This document shows, in pieces, positions 26,888 to 39,587 of a stretch of 64,000 bases of DNA. Position 1 is the stretch's first letter. The number at the start of each line of letters is the position of its first letter. Both the position numbers and the translations under genes were made by a program. Source of the DNA: Nannocystales bacterium (GTDB lineage Bacteria > Myxococcota_A > Polyangia > Nannocystales > Nannocystaceae); assembly GCA_050633305.1 (NCBI GenBank), contig JBOEGF010000014.1, positions 64,001 to 128,000 on the forward strand, given 5' to 3'. The notes under the pieces were generated by a model, which ran no database searches, was not told the origin of the DNA, and saw nothing but the letters and a program-made list of their open reading frames with translations.

Positions 26888-27505
26888 CTACTTTGCGGGT
26901 TGCGCTGCGGTCTCTCGGAGCGCTCTCGCCCAGGACTCCAGGTCGTCGGTCGCGCGCTGGGAAGGGGCGCCGTCATCCTCGAACGTCCCGAGTTCGCGCG
27001 CGAGCGCTTCCCGAGCTCTGCGCAGGCGGCTCTTCACCGTGCCCTGCGGAATCTCCATGATCTGCGAGAGCTCGGACGTCGTGAGGTCCTCCCAGTAGTG
27101 GAGCTCGACCGTCATTTGGAGCTCCAGGGGAATTCTCCGCAGGGCGGCAAGCAGGAGCGTGTGCTCCTTGGCCCGGGCCACGAGCTGGCTTGGAGAAGTC
27201 CGAAGGTCTTCCACCGAGAGCGACTCGATGTCTTCGCCGTTGTGCCGGGCCGCGCGCTCGTAGAACCGGATCAACTGCCGGCGGGCGAGCACGAACAGCA
27301 GTGTTCGGAAGCTGGCACGACCTTCGAAGGTGTTCTTGGCCTTGGTGCACGCGAGGAACGTGCGCTGGACGAGGTCGTCGACCTCGCGGTCCACCTTGTT
27401 GTGGAAGAACCGACGAAGGCTCGCGACATGTTTGCGGAGCAGCCGGTCTCCCGCGTCTCGGTCACCCTCGCGCCACGCGAAGAACAGCTGCAGGTCCGAA
27501 TCCAC
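26888..27505 (-). CDS. ECF RNA polymerase sigma factor (kinase-associated type)
   Basis: AWREGDRDAG..L, RFFHNKV, DDLVQRTFLAC, SFRTLLF..AR, ALRRIPLELQ..VELHYWEDL, GTVKSRLRRAR. GTG 27505 preferred to ATG 27523. Confidence 0.9.
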   Translation of the reverse strand: MDSDLQLFFAWREGDRDAGDRLLRKHVASLRRFFHNKVDREVDDLVQRTFLACTKAKNTFEGRASFRTLLFVLARRQLIRFYERAARHNGEDIESLSVEDLRTSPSQLVARAKEHTLLLAALRRIPLELQMTVELHYWEDLTTSELSQIMEIPQGTVKSRLRRAREALARELGTFEDDGAPSQRATDDLESWARALRETAAQPAK

Positions 27506-27529
27506 TTCGGCAGACGCTACCATGCAGGC

Positions 27530-30424
<2,895 letters not shown>

Positions 30425-30430
30425 GCAGCC

Positions 30431-31015
30431 CTACCGTTTGACCTTCGGCATCACGAACAACAGCGTCGCGATCATAAAGGACAACAGCGTGATCGGTGGC
30501 AACGACCCCGGCCACGACGGGAGGTCGAACCACCCGCGCACCCCGATCAGCGCGACGTGAACCGCGGTGAAAAACAGCAGGGCGCGCCCGAGGCCCGGCA
30601 CCAAGCTCGTGCGGTGTCGTTGGCCTTCGACGGGGCGCACCTTCGTCGAGTGAAACAGCCACAGCAAGGCGCCCGAGCCGAGAGCGCCTGCGAGCATCGA
30701 CAATGCAGCTGCGCCTGTCATCTGCCCGGAGGCGGTGTACAGCGATGGGAAGTACTCCGGCCCTGCCAAGATCAGCGAGAGCAGCAGGTGCACCGCGACG
30801 AAGCCGGCACCGGCAAGTCCCAGCCCCTTGCGGCGCCCTTTGTCGACGACAACGCGTGAGAGCCCGAGCAGCAACAGGCCGACGAACGCGATCGCCTTGT
30901 TGCTGACGTAGACCGGGAGTTGTTCCCAGGGCACGCCCTTGAAGACGTTGTAGCGAACGATGGCGTATGCCATGCCGGCCGCCGTCAGGCCGGTGATGAG
31001 ACGACGCTCGCTCAC
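30431..31015 (-). CDS. Ferric reductase-like (STEAP/MsrQ-like) transmembrane protein
   Basis: About six TMs; NKAIA, RKGLGL.G.....HLLLSL, second His in AVHVAL, W...LPP. GTG 31015 follows TATGAT. Confidence 0.65.
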   Translation of the reverse strand: MSERRLITGLTAAGMAYAIVRYNVFKGVPWEQLPVYVSNKAIAFVGLLLLGLSRVVVDKGRRKGLGLAGAGFVAVHLLLSLILAGPEYFPSLYTASGQMTGAAALSMLAGALGSGALLWLFHSTKVRPVEGQRHRTSLVPGLGRALLFFTAVHVALIGVRGWFDLPSWPGSLPPITLLSFMIATLLFVMPKVKR

Positions 31016-31036
31016 GCCCAAATCATACACGCCCGA

Positions 31037-31624
31037 TCAGCACGGTCCGGCGCTTTGCACGTCGGACCATTGGTCGCTGCAGGATGTGTTCGCTGGGTTA
31101 TACGCATCGGGGTTGTAGTCGTCGCACGCGATCTCGGACATGCACGCGCCGAAGCCATCCAGTGCGTCGGTGACCTCTGCGCATTCGCCCCAGTAGCCCA
31201 CGGTCGCGTCGATGCAGTCCTGTTCGTCGCTGTAGTACGCGCCGCCGCACTCGAAGAAGCGACGGCAGAACGCCTCGAGTCCGCCCTCCCCGGGAAGCAC
31301 GCCGGGACCCGAGGTGGGGCCCTCTCCCGTGGAGCTCTCGGCCTCGCCGGTGCCGGAGGTCGTGGTCACCGTGCCCGAGGTGTCCGAACCGTCGTCTGTG
31401 GTCTCGTCGCCAGGATCGGTCGTGCTGCTGGTGGAAGTTCCTGTGGTCGCCGGACCCCCCGAGGTTCCGGCAGGGTTCGCGGTGGGGTCCTCATCGGCGT
31501 CCGTCCCAGAGGCGTCGGTTTCGGAACTGGTCCCTGCCGGCATCTCGCCTCCGTCGTTGGTGTCGTCGTCACACCCCAAGGGGCTGAGGAGGGGAAACAC
31601 GAGCAGCAGTCGCTGGAGTCGCAT
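31037..31624 (-). CDS. Lipoprotein with S/T/G linker and small Cys-rich domain
   Basis: Lipobox PLGC; C-terminal FCRRFFEC...C...C...C....C...C...C. Confidence 0.75.
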   Translation of the reverse strand: MRLQRLLLVFPLLSPLGCDDDTNDGGEMPAGTSSETDASGTDADEDPTANPAGTSGGPATTGTSTSSTTDPGDETTDDGSDTSGTVTTTSGTGEAESSTGEGPTSGPGVLPGEGGLEAFCRRFFECGGAYYSDEQDCIDATVGYWGECAEVTDALDGFGACMSEIACDDYNPDAYNPANTSCSDQWSDVQSAGPC

Positions 31625-31682
31625 GCGAACCATGACGTGGCACCTTGTGTCAGGTTGCACGTGAAAGGGTTATCCTTCGCTC

Positions 31683-32900
31683 GTGCGGTGCGGTCGTTGG
31701 GTTCTGGTGTCGTTGATGGCGAGTGGGGCGTGCGGAGGGGAGAGCTCCACGCCGGAATCGATGGGCTCAGCCTCGAGCGAAAGCACGGCGGGGGAGACAA
31801 CCGCGGCGTCCTCCTCGACTGGGCTCGAGACCTCCTCGACCTCGGGTCTCGACGGATCGAGTTCGTCGGGTACCGGTGAGCCCATGGTCTTTGATGGCGA
31901 GCCTATTGACGTACCCGCCGACGGCGCGTGGCACTTCGTCGAGGTGGAAGGCATGGCGTGCAACGGCGGAGTACAGGGCGGCGTCGGTGTGCGCCGGGTC
32001 GAGGACGCGGCACGACTGGTGCTCTACTTCAAAGGCGGCGGCGCCTGCTTCAATCCCGTGACCTGCGGTTTCACTTCGCCCTTGATGCAGACGGGCCCCG
32101 AGGCGATGCAGGCCAACCCCGACGGTGTGCTGGACTTCGCCCACGACGAGAACCCGTTCCTCGACGCCAACGTCGTCTACATGCCGTACTGCACGGGGGA
32201 CGTGCACGCGGGCATCTTGGGTGAGCAGACCGTCCCCGATGTGGAGGAACCATGGAACTTCGTGGGGCACGACAACGTGTTGGCCGCGTTGAATCGCCTG
32301 GTCCCGACATTCAGCGACCCGGAGCAGTTGGTGGTGCTGGGCACCAGCGCGGGTGGGCTCGGGGCGTTGTTCAACTTCCGGTTCATTCGAGCGGGCTGGC
32401 CCGAGACCGATACCGTGATGATCGACGACTCCGGCGTCATCCTCCCCGATGCGTTCCTCGACCCGTGCCTGCAGACCCAGATGCGTGAGCGCTGGGGCTT
32501 CAGCGGACTGTTGCCGGGCGCATGTGATGGCTGCAACCCGGCGGACGGCGGAGGGCTGTCGACGTTGTTCTCCTACTTGCCCGATGCCTACCCGGACGTT
32601 CGCTTCGCGTTGATCGCGTCGAACCAGGACCAGATCCTTCGGCTTTTCTATGGGTACGGCAACGAGGGCTGTTCGCCTGGAGGCGGTGTCCCGGACCTCG
32701 GAGCGGATCGCTTCGGCGAAGGCCTGTGGACGTTGCATAACGAACGGCTCGAGGGTCGTGTCGCGCTGTTCGAGATCGACAGCGACGTTCACACCTGGTC
32801 GACCAAGTCGAACTTCTACGCTGCGGAGACCTCGGGGGTGCGGATGGCGGACTGGTTTCAGAGCGTGCTGGACGGCCCGACTGAGACCGTCCGGCCCTGA
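31683..32900 (+). CDS. Pectin acetylesterase/Notum-family hydrolase lipoprotein
   Basis: Lipobox SGAC; LYFKGGGAC, YMPYCTGDVHAG, GTSAGG nucleophile, DDSG, D..L, H. Confidence 0.88.
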   Translation: MRCGRWVLVSLMASGACGGESSTPESMGSASSESTAGETTAASSSTGLETSSTSGLDGSSSSGTGEPMVFDGEPIDVPADGAWHFVEVEGMACNGGVQGGVGVRRVEDAARLVLYFKGGGACFNPVTCGFTSPLMQTGPEAMQANPDGVLDFAHDENPFLDANVVYMPYCTGDVHAGILGEQTVPDVEEPWNFVGHDNVLAALNRLVPTFSDPEQLVVLGTSAGGLGALFNFRFIRAGWPETDTVMIDDSGVILPDAFLDPCLQTQMRERWGFSGLLPGACDGCNPADGGGLSTLFSYLPDAYPDVRFALIASNQDQILRLFYGYGNEGCSPGGGVPDLGADRFGEGLWTLHNERLEGRVALFEIDSDVHTWSTKSNFYAAETSGVRMADWFQSVLDGPTETVRP

Positions 32901-33062
32901 GCTGTGGCGCCCGAGAGCGCGCGCGCTGGGATGTCGTGGATCGAGGCGAAGACTCGGAATTCGGCCGTATCACGCGCTGCTTGGCCGCAGCGTTGGTTGC
33001 GCCGCGCGAAATTGTTTCGTTTTAACCTTCAAAATTTATGAAAGTTGGATTACCTTTTCTTC

Positions 33063-34103
33063 ATGTCTAGAAGTGCATGGGTTCTGGCTGTCCTCTCGTT
33101 GTCCCTGGGCTGTCAGAAACAGGCCGAGCCCCCACAAGCCCCGATCGTCGCTCAATCGGGAGATGCGGCAGAGGAGCCCGAGCCTGAGCCTGAGCCTGAG
33201 CCCCCCAAGGTTCCCGAGGACGCGATCGCCGTCGGCACGTTCAACCTCGAGTGGGCGTTCGACGATCTCGATGATCGGCCAAAGAAGGCGCGCCCCCATG
33301 TCGCGAAGACCCCTGAGGACTGGGCGTGGAAGCGTGATCAGATCGTCGACATCCTGATCGCCGAGAAGCTCGACGTCATCACGCTGACCGAGCTCGGTGG
33401 AGAGCGGGAGCTGATCGACATCGCAACCGAGGTCGCGCTCAAAGACGGGTACGAGTACGACACGGCCTGGCTGCAGGGTTCGGATCGCGCGACGGGGCAG
33501 CAGGTCGGGATCCTCTCCCGCTTCCCGATCAGCAACGTTCGTCGCTACGACGTGGCCATCGCCAAACATGTCGCGGTGGACGTCGAGCTTCCCACTGGTG
33601 AGGACCTCGCGGTCGTTGCGGTGCACATGCGGGACGGCAAGGCGCCTGCGTACGGGTCGAAACGTCGCAAAGCCGCTCGTGCGCTGCAGCGAGCGGTGAC
33701 GAAGGAGCTCCGCGGTCGACCTTTCCTGATCACGGGGACGATGAACTCGGTCACGCATCCGTACGACGATGGCTACGCCAAGCGAACGCCGGGGATCCTC
33801 TCGGCCAAGCACAACCGTACAGATGAAGACGACTGCGCTGACTCGGCAACCGACGCAGGGGTCACCAACACCGCTGGTGAACCCGCCGATCACATCATCG
33901 CCTGCGGGGTCGAGCTTCGAAGCGCCACAACCTCGGCGGAGGACAAGGTCGTTCGTCAGGACGAGGACCCTGGGGAGTTGCCGTGGGCCGCGGTTCCTGT
34001 CGAAGCCGAGCCGTACCGCGACGTGAGCGACCACTACCTGGTGTGGGCCGAGATCGCGATGCCGAAGCCTCCAGCGGAAGCGTCCGACGAGACCGAGGCC
34101 TGA
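33063..34103 (+). CDS. Endonuclease/exonuclease/phosphatase (EEP) family lipoprotein
   Basis: Lipobox SLGC; GTFNLEW, DVITLTE, ILSRFPI, VHM, GTMN, DHII, SDH. Confidence 0.8.
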   Translation: MSRSAWVLAVLSLSLGCQKQAEPPQAPIVAQSGDAAEEPEPEPEPEPPKVPEDAIAVGTFNLEWAFDDLDDRPKKARPHVAKTPEDWAWKRDQIVDILIAEKLDVITLTELGGERELIDIATEVALKDGYEYDTAWLQGSDRATGQQVGILSRFPISNVRRYDVAIAKHVAVDVELPTGEDLAVVAVHMRDGKAPAYGSKRRKAARALQRAVTKELRGRPFLITGTMNSVTHPYDDGYAKRTPGILSAKHNRTDEDDCADSATDAGVTNTAGEPADHIIACGVELRSATTSAEDKVVRQDEDPGELPWAAVPVEAEPYRDVSDHYLVWAEIAMPKPPAEASDETEA

Positions 34104-34130
34104 GGCCTGCGCCTCGGTCACGCTTCGAGA

Positions 34131-34170
34131 CGCAAAGGAGGCGGTTGGGAAACCAACCGCCTTCTTTGCG
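34131..34170. terminator. Strong hairpin, probable bidirectional terminator
   Basis: CGCAAAGGAGGCGGTTGG-GAAA-CCAACCGCCTTCTTTGCG (18-bp stem with one G-U pair) between convergent genes. Confidence 0.85.
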
Positions 34171-34245
34171 TTGAGCCGGAGCGACATCGCGTGCTCGAGG
34201 TCGAACACCTCGGGCGAGCGGACCTCTTCTCCTGATCCGTCGCCG

Positions 34246-34407
34246 CTAGATCGCCGCGAAGGCGAGCATGGAGACGACGATCGCGGCGACCGTGAGCCCG
34301 GCCCCGACAAGTGCGGAACTCGCCGGTTTCGCATCGGACAGGGGCTGCAGGGGGATCGTGCGGCGACCGGCAGTCGTGGTGGTTTGCGCGGGAATGGACG
34401 AAGACAT
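34246..34407 (-). CDS. 53-aa small protein with C-terminal TM helix
   Basis: GGAG 6 nt before ATG 34407; MSSSIPAQ...LVGAGLTVAAIVVSMLAFAAI; followed by the strong hairpin. Confidence 0.6.
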   Translation of the reverse strand: MSSSIPAQTTTTAGRRTIPLQPLSDAKPASSALVGAGLTVAAIVVSMLAFAAI

Positions 34408-34562
34408 CGGAAACTCCAGCAAGACCGTGCTCCGTCCTGCAGAAGGTTCTACGGCGAAAACTGGCGTAGGTTTCAGAGTCGGGGCATCTTTCCTCGTCGA
34501 TGGGAACGAATTCCCCAGGAACTTGGGAACCTCTGGCCGGGGTGCTTGCACTTACGCCCTAG

Positions 34563-35744
34563 ATGGGACGCATGGGACTCGGATTGTTCGCGGCGCTGGC
34601 TGCATCGACCCTCTTCCCTGGTTGCGATCTTGAAACCCAAGGCCGGCCGGAGAACACCCTCGCGGGCAGCTGTGAGGGATTCTGTGGCGAAATGGCCCCG
34701 TTGGGCTGCTACTGCGACGCCGACTGTGCCGCGGACGGGGACTGCTGCCCAGATGCCGCGCTCGCCTGCGCCTCGGTGGCGGCCAACGAGGACGACCCGT
34801 GGATCGGTAGTCCGTGCAACCCGGGCGAGGACGCGTGCGACTTCGAAGCCAACGGCGCCCGCGCCGAATGCATGGCCTTCGACGACGGTGACGGCGTGAC
34901 CCACGGATTCTGTTCCGTGCCTTGCGCCGGGACCTGCCCAGACAGCGACGGACACGCCACGACGTTCTGCGTGGAGCACGAAGGGGGCGGACAATGCATG
35001 TCGAAGGCTTCCGCCACCTACAACGAAAACTGCGAAGAGCTCCCGGGTACCCGCGCCAAGTCCAAGTCGCGGTACGTCGGTGGCAGCGGCATCTCATCGT
35101 CCTCGGCGAGCGTCTGCGTCCCCGACCAGCGCTCTGCCGTGACGGGCGAGCTTGCGGCGGACTTGCTCGAGCTCACCTCGGACTGTGACCGTCTCGACGG
35201 CACCCAACTCTTTCGCACCGATGCCGGTCGGGCCCGAACCATCGAGATCTGCGAACTCGAGGGCGCGATCTGGTGGAGGGCCGACGCAGACATCGACTGC
35301 GACGGCGGACGCTCCGAGCCCTGCACCTCCGACCCCTGGTATCAAGCCACCACCTCCTCCAAGGACTCCACCGGCAACTTCATCGATTCGGCTGCCGTCC
35401 CACACTTTGTGGTGCCCATGTCTGGCAGTGGGTTCACGCCCAGCGACCACGGCATCCGCACCAGCTGGAGCGCGGTCGGTAGCGCCGGGGCGATCCTCTA
35501 CGACGGACAGCTGCTCTTCGCTCCTTACGCCGACGCGGGTCCCCGACATGTCGTCGGTGAACTCTCGGCGGCTGCGGCGGACGAGTTGGGCATCCCCAAC
35601 CACCCGGTCAGCGGCGGCGTCGCGGAAGGCGTCACGTACATCATCTTCACCGGAGACGACGCCTACGTGTCTCCCATCGAGAGTCGCGCGGCCGCGGAGT
35701 CGATCGGCGAAGAGCTGGCTCAGCGACTGATCGAGAACAACTGA
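34563..35744 (+). CDS. GH75 (fungal-type) chitosanase lipoprotein with somatomedin-B-like and Cys-rich domains
   Basis: Lipobox FPGC; SCEGFCG....CYCDADC...GDCCPD; ADIDCDG, DPWYQATTS, VPHFVVP, ADAGP..VVGELS, VTYIIF. Confidence 0.85.
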   Translation: MGRMGLGLFAALAASTLFPGCDLETQGRPENTLAGSCEGFCGEMAPLGCYCDADCAADGDCCPDAALACASVAANEDDPWIGSPCNPGEDACDFEANGARAECMAFDDGDGVTHGFCSVPCAGTCPDSDGHATTFCVEHEGGGQCMSKASATYNENCEELPGTRAKSKSRYVGGSGISSSSASVCVPDQRSAVTGELAADLLELTSDCDRLDGTQLFRTDAGRARTIEICELEGAIWWRADADIDCDGGRSEPCTSDPWYQATTSSKDSTGNFIDSAAVPHFVVPMSGSGFTPSDHGIRTSWSAVGSAGAILYDGQLLFAPYADAGPRHVVGELSAAAADELGIPNHPVSGGVAEGVTYIIFTGDDAYVSPIESRAAAESIGEELAQRLIENN

Positions 35745-35782
35745 GTTCGGCGACACTCCGTAGAGGTTGGTAGCCTTACGGC

Positions 35783-36244
35783 GTGGAGCGGTTGACCGAC
35801 ATCCTCGGCGCCGCCGACGTCTGGATCGTCGTGGGGTTGGTGTCGGCGGTCATGTTTGGGGCCACGCTGTTGGCGATCCCTTGGCTCGTCGCCCGGCTGC
35901 CCGTTGACCACTTCGTCGGCGCCCGAGGGGTCCTCCAGCCCGAGTCTCGTCACCCCCTCCTGGCGTTTGCGCGCCGCTTGGCTCGCAACACCCTCGGCAT
36001 CGTTCTGGTCCTCGCCGGACTCGCGATGCTCGTCTTGCCCGGTCAGGGCGTGTTGACCGTGCTTTTGGGCGTCGTACTGCTCGACTTTCCCGGCAAGCGT
36101 GGGCTCCAGCAACGGCTCCTACGACAACGGCACGTTCGCAAGAGCCTGCAGTGGCTTCGCAAACGCGCCGGGCGAGAGCCGTTGGTCTTCGAAGACTCTA
36201 TCGGCGACGACGCAGACCCATCAAGCCGAACAGACCCAGCATGA
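35783..36244 (+). CDS. PGPGW-family transmembrane protein
   Basis: RLPVDHF, NTLGIVLVLAGLAMLVLPGQGVLTVLLG, DFPGK, LRKRAGREPL; overlaps the convergent gene by 47 nt. Confidence 0.8.
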   Translation: MERLTDILGAADVWIVVGLVSAVMFGATLLAIPWLVARLPVDHFVGARGVLQPESRHPLLAFARRLARNTLGIVLVLAGLAMLVLPGQGVLTVLLGVVLLDFPGKRGLQQRLLRQRHVRKSLQWLRKRAGREPLVFEDSIGDDADPSSRTDPA

Positions 36245-38066
36245 GCGCAGCGGGCCCGCCCGCGTCGTTGGAGCTGCTGCAGTTGCAGCCACCGTCGTCG
36301 TCGAGTTCGGTGTCTTGGCCAGCGCTGTCGGTGCCGCCACCCTCGCCATTGGAGCCGCCACCGGAGTCGCTACCGTTGGAACCATCGGTGCCCCCGCCGA
36401 CTCCGCCGCACTCCTCCGCGCTGGGGAAGTTGTACTCGCAGTTGTGCATCGCGAGCTGCGTATTGATGGTGTCGGTCTGGTTGACCAGGACCATCGGGGC
36501 GCCGGCCTGCATCATCTCGGCGACCTCTTCTTCCCAGGGCATCTCGTCGTCGAAGTCGGGCCAGCTGCCGTCGGGCGAGTAGATGACCCGGTCGTCGGGA
36601 AGGGTCCAGATGACCGATGAATCACAGCCCGTGCCCTGCTGGGCGAACTGGGCGGTGAGGTCGATGTCTTGGAGGTCTGGGTTCTCGTAGAAGAACGGGT
36701 CGGCCGTCATCTCGCCGGGCGACATCGTGGTGTACATGCGGGTCAGGTACGGGAACGCTCCGAGAATCTCGACCGCACGTTGGCCCGGCGCCACGACGCG
36801 AGCCTCGAGGTCGGTGGTGAACCCAGTGCTGTCCCAAGCCTCCTGGTCGATCTGGTCCTGGTAGCAGCTCAGGCAGCCGTAGAAGTCGACCTCTTCGACG
36901 CCCTCGGGAACCGGAAGGTACTTCTGCAGCAGGCCGCGGAGCAGTGGGTGATTGTACTGACAGGCGAGGCCGTCGCCGCCCGAGCTGCTGCTGGATCCAA
37001 AGCCACCGCCGTCCTCAAAACAGGTCATCAGGCCCTGGTTCTCGAGGACATCGACCACGCCGATCGGTGCGAGATTCGCAAACGGGGCCGAGCTCCATTG
37101 GTCGCTGTACAGGCCGCCACTGGGAACGATCGAACTCGTGCCGGCGTACTCCGTGACAAACGCCCGGCCGTTGGCTTCGTCCGCGTCGACGGCCTGCGTG
37201 ATCACGGATTTGTAGTTGGATGCGAGGTTCGCCCAGTCGAGCTTGAGCGGGTTGACCAACACATGCTTGTAGGTGCTGGGAACGACCCGGGAGTCGCTGA
37301 GGAAGAACGACCGGATGTCCATGTCGTCGACCGCGGCGATCCGGGTGAGCCGCAGCGGGATGCAGGCTTCGTTGTTGGGGAAACGGAGCGTGATCGGGTG
37401 GATCTCGGCGGTCTCGGCGTCGTTGGTGAGCTTGAATGCGGCGAAGATGTAGCCCTCGGAGAGGTACTCCTCGAGGATGGGGTCGGCGTTGGGGTCTTGC
37501 TGGTACCCGTTCGTGTCGAGCCACATCTTGATCTCGTCGAGGTTCTCGCCACTGAGCACGGCGATCTCGAAGGCTCCGACAACCTCCTCGAGCAAGATGT
37601 CGACCCCTCCACCATCATCGGTGTCGCCATCAGAGTCGGAGCCGAAGCCGCCGCTACTGCCTCCGCCCGGGAAGCCGGTGGGATCACCGTCTGCGGTGTC
37701 ACCAGTGTCCTCGCCGCAGGACTGGCCGGTGAACACACTGTTGAACCCGTACCGCGGCACAGACGAACTCAGCACCGCATCAAACAGAAGTTCGGAGCCT
37801 ACGCCAAACTCGGGAAGCTCGGTCAGCGGCACGACCCACGAAAACTCCGCGGCTTCGGCGGTCGGGTCGTACTGAATCTGAATGTGAGCCTCCGTGTAGT
37901 CCTCGCCCATCACAAACAGGATGTTCTCGCCGGTCTGGTCGACGGGCATGGAGGTGGGCCCCGCGTCACAGAAGGTTCCGCCGCAGGCGTTGGCCTCTTG
38001 CGGCGTGGTGAGAACGAGTGCACCGGTGAGCGCAACGAGGGATGCAACAAGGGAAGTCTTCATCAT
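36198..38066 (-). CDS. DUF2330 domain protein with MYXO-CTERM-like tail
   Basis: ACGGTFC, PVDQTGENILF, HIQIQY, FSWVVP, WLDTNGY, IPLRLTRIAA, FVTEYAG, LTRMYTTMS; tail GGCNC...LMLGLFGLMGLRRRR. Confidence 0.88.
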   Translation of the reverse strand: MMKTSLVASLVALTGALVLTTPQEANACGGTFCDAGPTSMPVDQTGENILFVMGEDYTEAHIQIQYDPTAEAAEFSWVVPLTELPEFGVGSELLFDAVLSSSVPRYGFNSVFTGQSCGEDTGDTADGDPTGFPGGGSSGGFGSDSDGDTDDGGGVDILLEEVVGAFEIAVLSGENLDEIKMWLDTNGYQQDPNADPILEEYLSEGYIFAAFKLTNDAETAEIHPITLRFPNNEACIPLRLTRIAAVDDMDIRSFFLSDSRVVPSTYKHVLVNPLKLDWANLASNYKSVITQAVDADEANGRAFVTEYAGTSSIVPSGGLYSDQWSSAPFANLAPIGVVDVLENQGLMTCFEDGGGFGSSSSSGGDGLACQYNHPLLRGLLQKYLPVPEGVEEVDFYGCLSCYQDQIDQEAWDSTGFTTDLEARVVAPGQRAVEILGAFPYLTRMYTTMSPGEMTADPFFYENPDLQDIDLTAQFAQQGTGCDSSVIWTLPDDRVIYSPDGSWPDFDDEMPWEEEVAEMMQAGAPMVLVNQTDTINTQLAMHNCEYNFPSAEECGGVGGGTDGSNGSDSGGGSNGEGGGTDSAGQDTELDDDGGCNCSSSNDAGGPAALMLGLFGLMGLRRRR

Positions 38067-38200
38067 CGGATCAATCCAAGAGTGGCCAAAACCGGAAGGC
38101 GCAAGCCATGCGCCCCAAAGCGCCTCCAGCGTAACAGCTGCCCCCCGGATCGGCCGTATGACAAAGGTGTCACTTTGCAGCGCTCACCCTGACGCCGATG

Positions 38201-39466
38201 TCATGAGGGTTCGTCGACGACGAATTCCATGCCCTGATCTCGCAGTCTCGCGAGCAGCGAACGACCCATGGTCGCCGCCGGTGTGCCCATGCCGCCGGGG
38301 CTCTCGAGGCCATCTCCGTCGAGCGCGAGACAGAGCGCCGACTCTCCGAGCATCTTGGCGGTCTCACCGTAGCCCGGGTCAGCCTTTCCGACCACGCGGC
38401 TTCGAATCTGCACCTCCTGGCCTGTTTCGGTCCGGCCCTTCCCGATCAGGTGGAGGACGAACGAGCCCGCCTTCCGTTGCTCACGGCTCGGCCCCTCGCC
38501 CGGGGAGGGGAGCTTGCGCATGATGAGGTTGCGCGTGGGGGCGAACGTGATGCCCGCCATCAGCCCGGTGACCCCGGCGGCCAACGTCGTGGCGCGCATG
38601 AAGCCCTTCGGGCCATCGCCGGTTCCGGAGCACTCGGAGTATCGGAAGTCGCGGCCGTAGGGGTACCCGAGTAGAGCGTTGCTACGGCGCACGATCCGGG
38701 TGTTGATGGAGGCCATCACAAACGGACCGGTCCAGCCCGGGAGGTCCTCATCGTATCGGACCCCCTTCTGGTCGCTCGAGTCGGAGCCGCGACGTTCTCC
38801 GTCGGGGTTGAGGCCGTAGGGGTTGCCCATCTTTCGCAGGATGCTGCGGTCGGCTTTAACGTCTTCGACGACTTGCAACATGCTGGCGATGGTTCCGCCC
38901 GACACGCCGCCTTTCATACGGCCGGTGATCAGCTTCACCTCATCCAGCACGACCCCGAACCGTTCCTTCGCCTCATGGACCAAGTTCCATGTCCCGAGGT
39001 CCGAGGGGATTGAGTCGAAGCCGCAGCAGTTCACGATGCGTGCACCCGTCTCGACCGCGCGCTCGTGATGCTTGTCGATCATCGCGCGGACGAATTGCGG
39101 TTCTCCGGTGAGGTCGCAGTAGTCGGTACCGGCTTCGACGCACGATTCGACCAACGCCTTCCCGTACTTCGCGTAGGGGCCAACGGTCGTGCAGACGACT
39201 TCGGTGTCTTTGGTGATGGCGTCGAGCGAGGTACGGTCGTGGCTGTCACCCGAGAGCAGCTCGAAGGCTTTCGCCTCAGGGTCGACCGAAGCGAGCTCTT
39301 GTCGAACCCGTTCGAGCTTGTCCGGGTTGCGCCCTGCCAACGCGATGCGCAGACCTTCGCCGGCATGTCGCTGCAGGAGGTATTCCGCCGTCAACTTGCC
39401 GGTGAACCCCGTGGCCCCCCACAGCACAACGTCGAAGCGGCGAGAGCGGTTGCGCGAGCGCGTCAT
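38201..39466 (-). CDS. Saccharopine dehydrogenase-like / trans-acting enoyl reductase family oxidoreductase
   Basis: DVVLWGATGFTG, ALAGRN, TTVGPYAKYG, YCDLTGE, CGFDSIPSDLG, SGGT, DPGYGETAKML. Confidence 0.9.
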   Translation of the reverse strand: MTRSRNRSRRFDVVLWGATGFTGKLTAEYLLQRHAGEGLRIALAGRNPDKLERVRQELASVDPEAKAFELLSGDSHDRTSLDAITKDTEVVCTTVGPYAKYGKALVESCVEAGTDYCDLTGEPQFVRAMIDKHHERAVETGARIVNCCGFDSIPSDLGTWNLVHEAKERFGVVLDEVKLITGRMKGGVSGGTIASMLQVVEDVKADRSILRKMGNPYGLNPDGERRGSDSSDQKGVRYDEDLPGWTGPFVMASINTRIVRRSNALLGYPYGRDFRYSECSGTGDGPKGFMRATTLAAGVTGLMAGITFAPTRNLIMRKLPSPGEGPSREQRKAGSFVLHLIGKGRTETGQEVQIRSRVVGKADPGYGETAKMLGESALCLALDGDGLESPGGMGTPAATMGRSLLARLRDQGMEFVVDEPS

Positions 39467-39587
39467 GACAGACCCATACCGCACCGCCTCGGAGCGCAGC
39501 TGCGGGTTCGGCACCCATTTTTGCAGCCGAACCCCACTTTTTTTCCGCCGGGTGTCCGGTGAGCTTGCGGTTTCCGGTTGGGCCTGT

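Noticed and set aside
25886..27529. N-terminal 548 aa of the 1512-aa ORF (apparent giant kinase fusion)
   Set aside because: Arg/Gly-rich shadow reading that overlaps the M48 gene out of frame and the sigma gene antisense; the kinase is best started at 27530.
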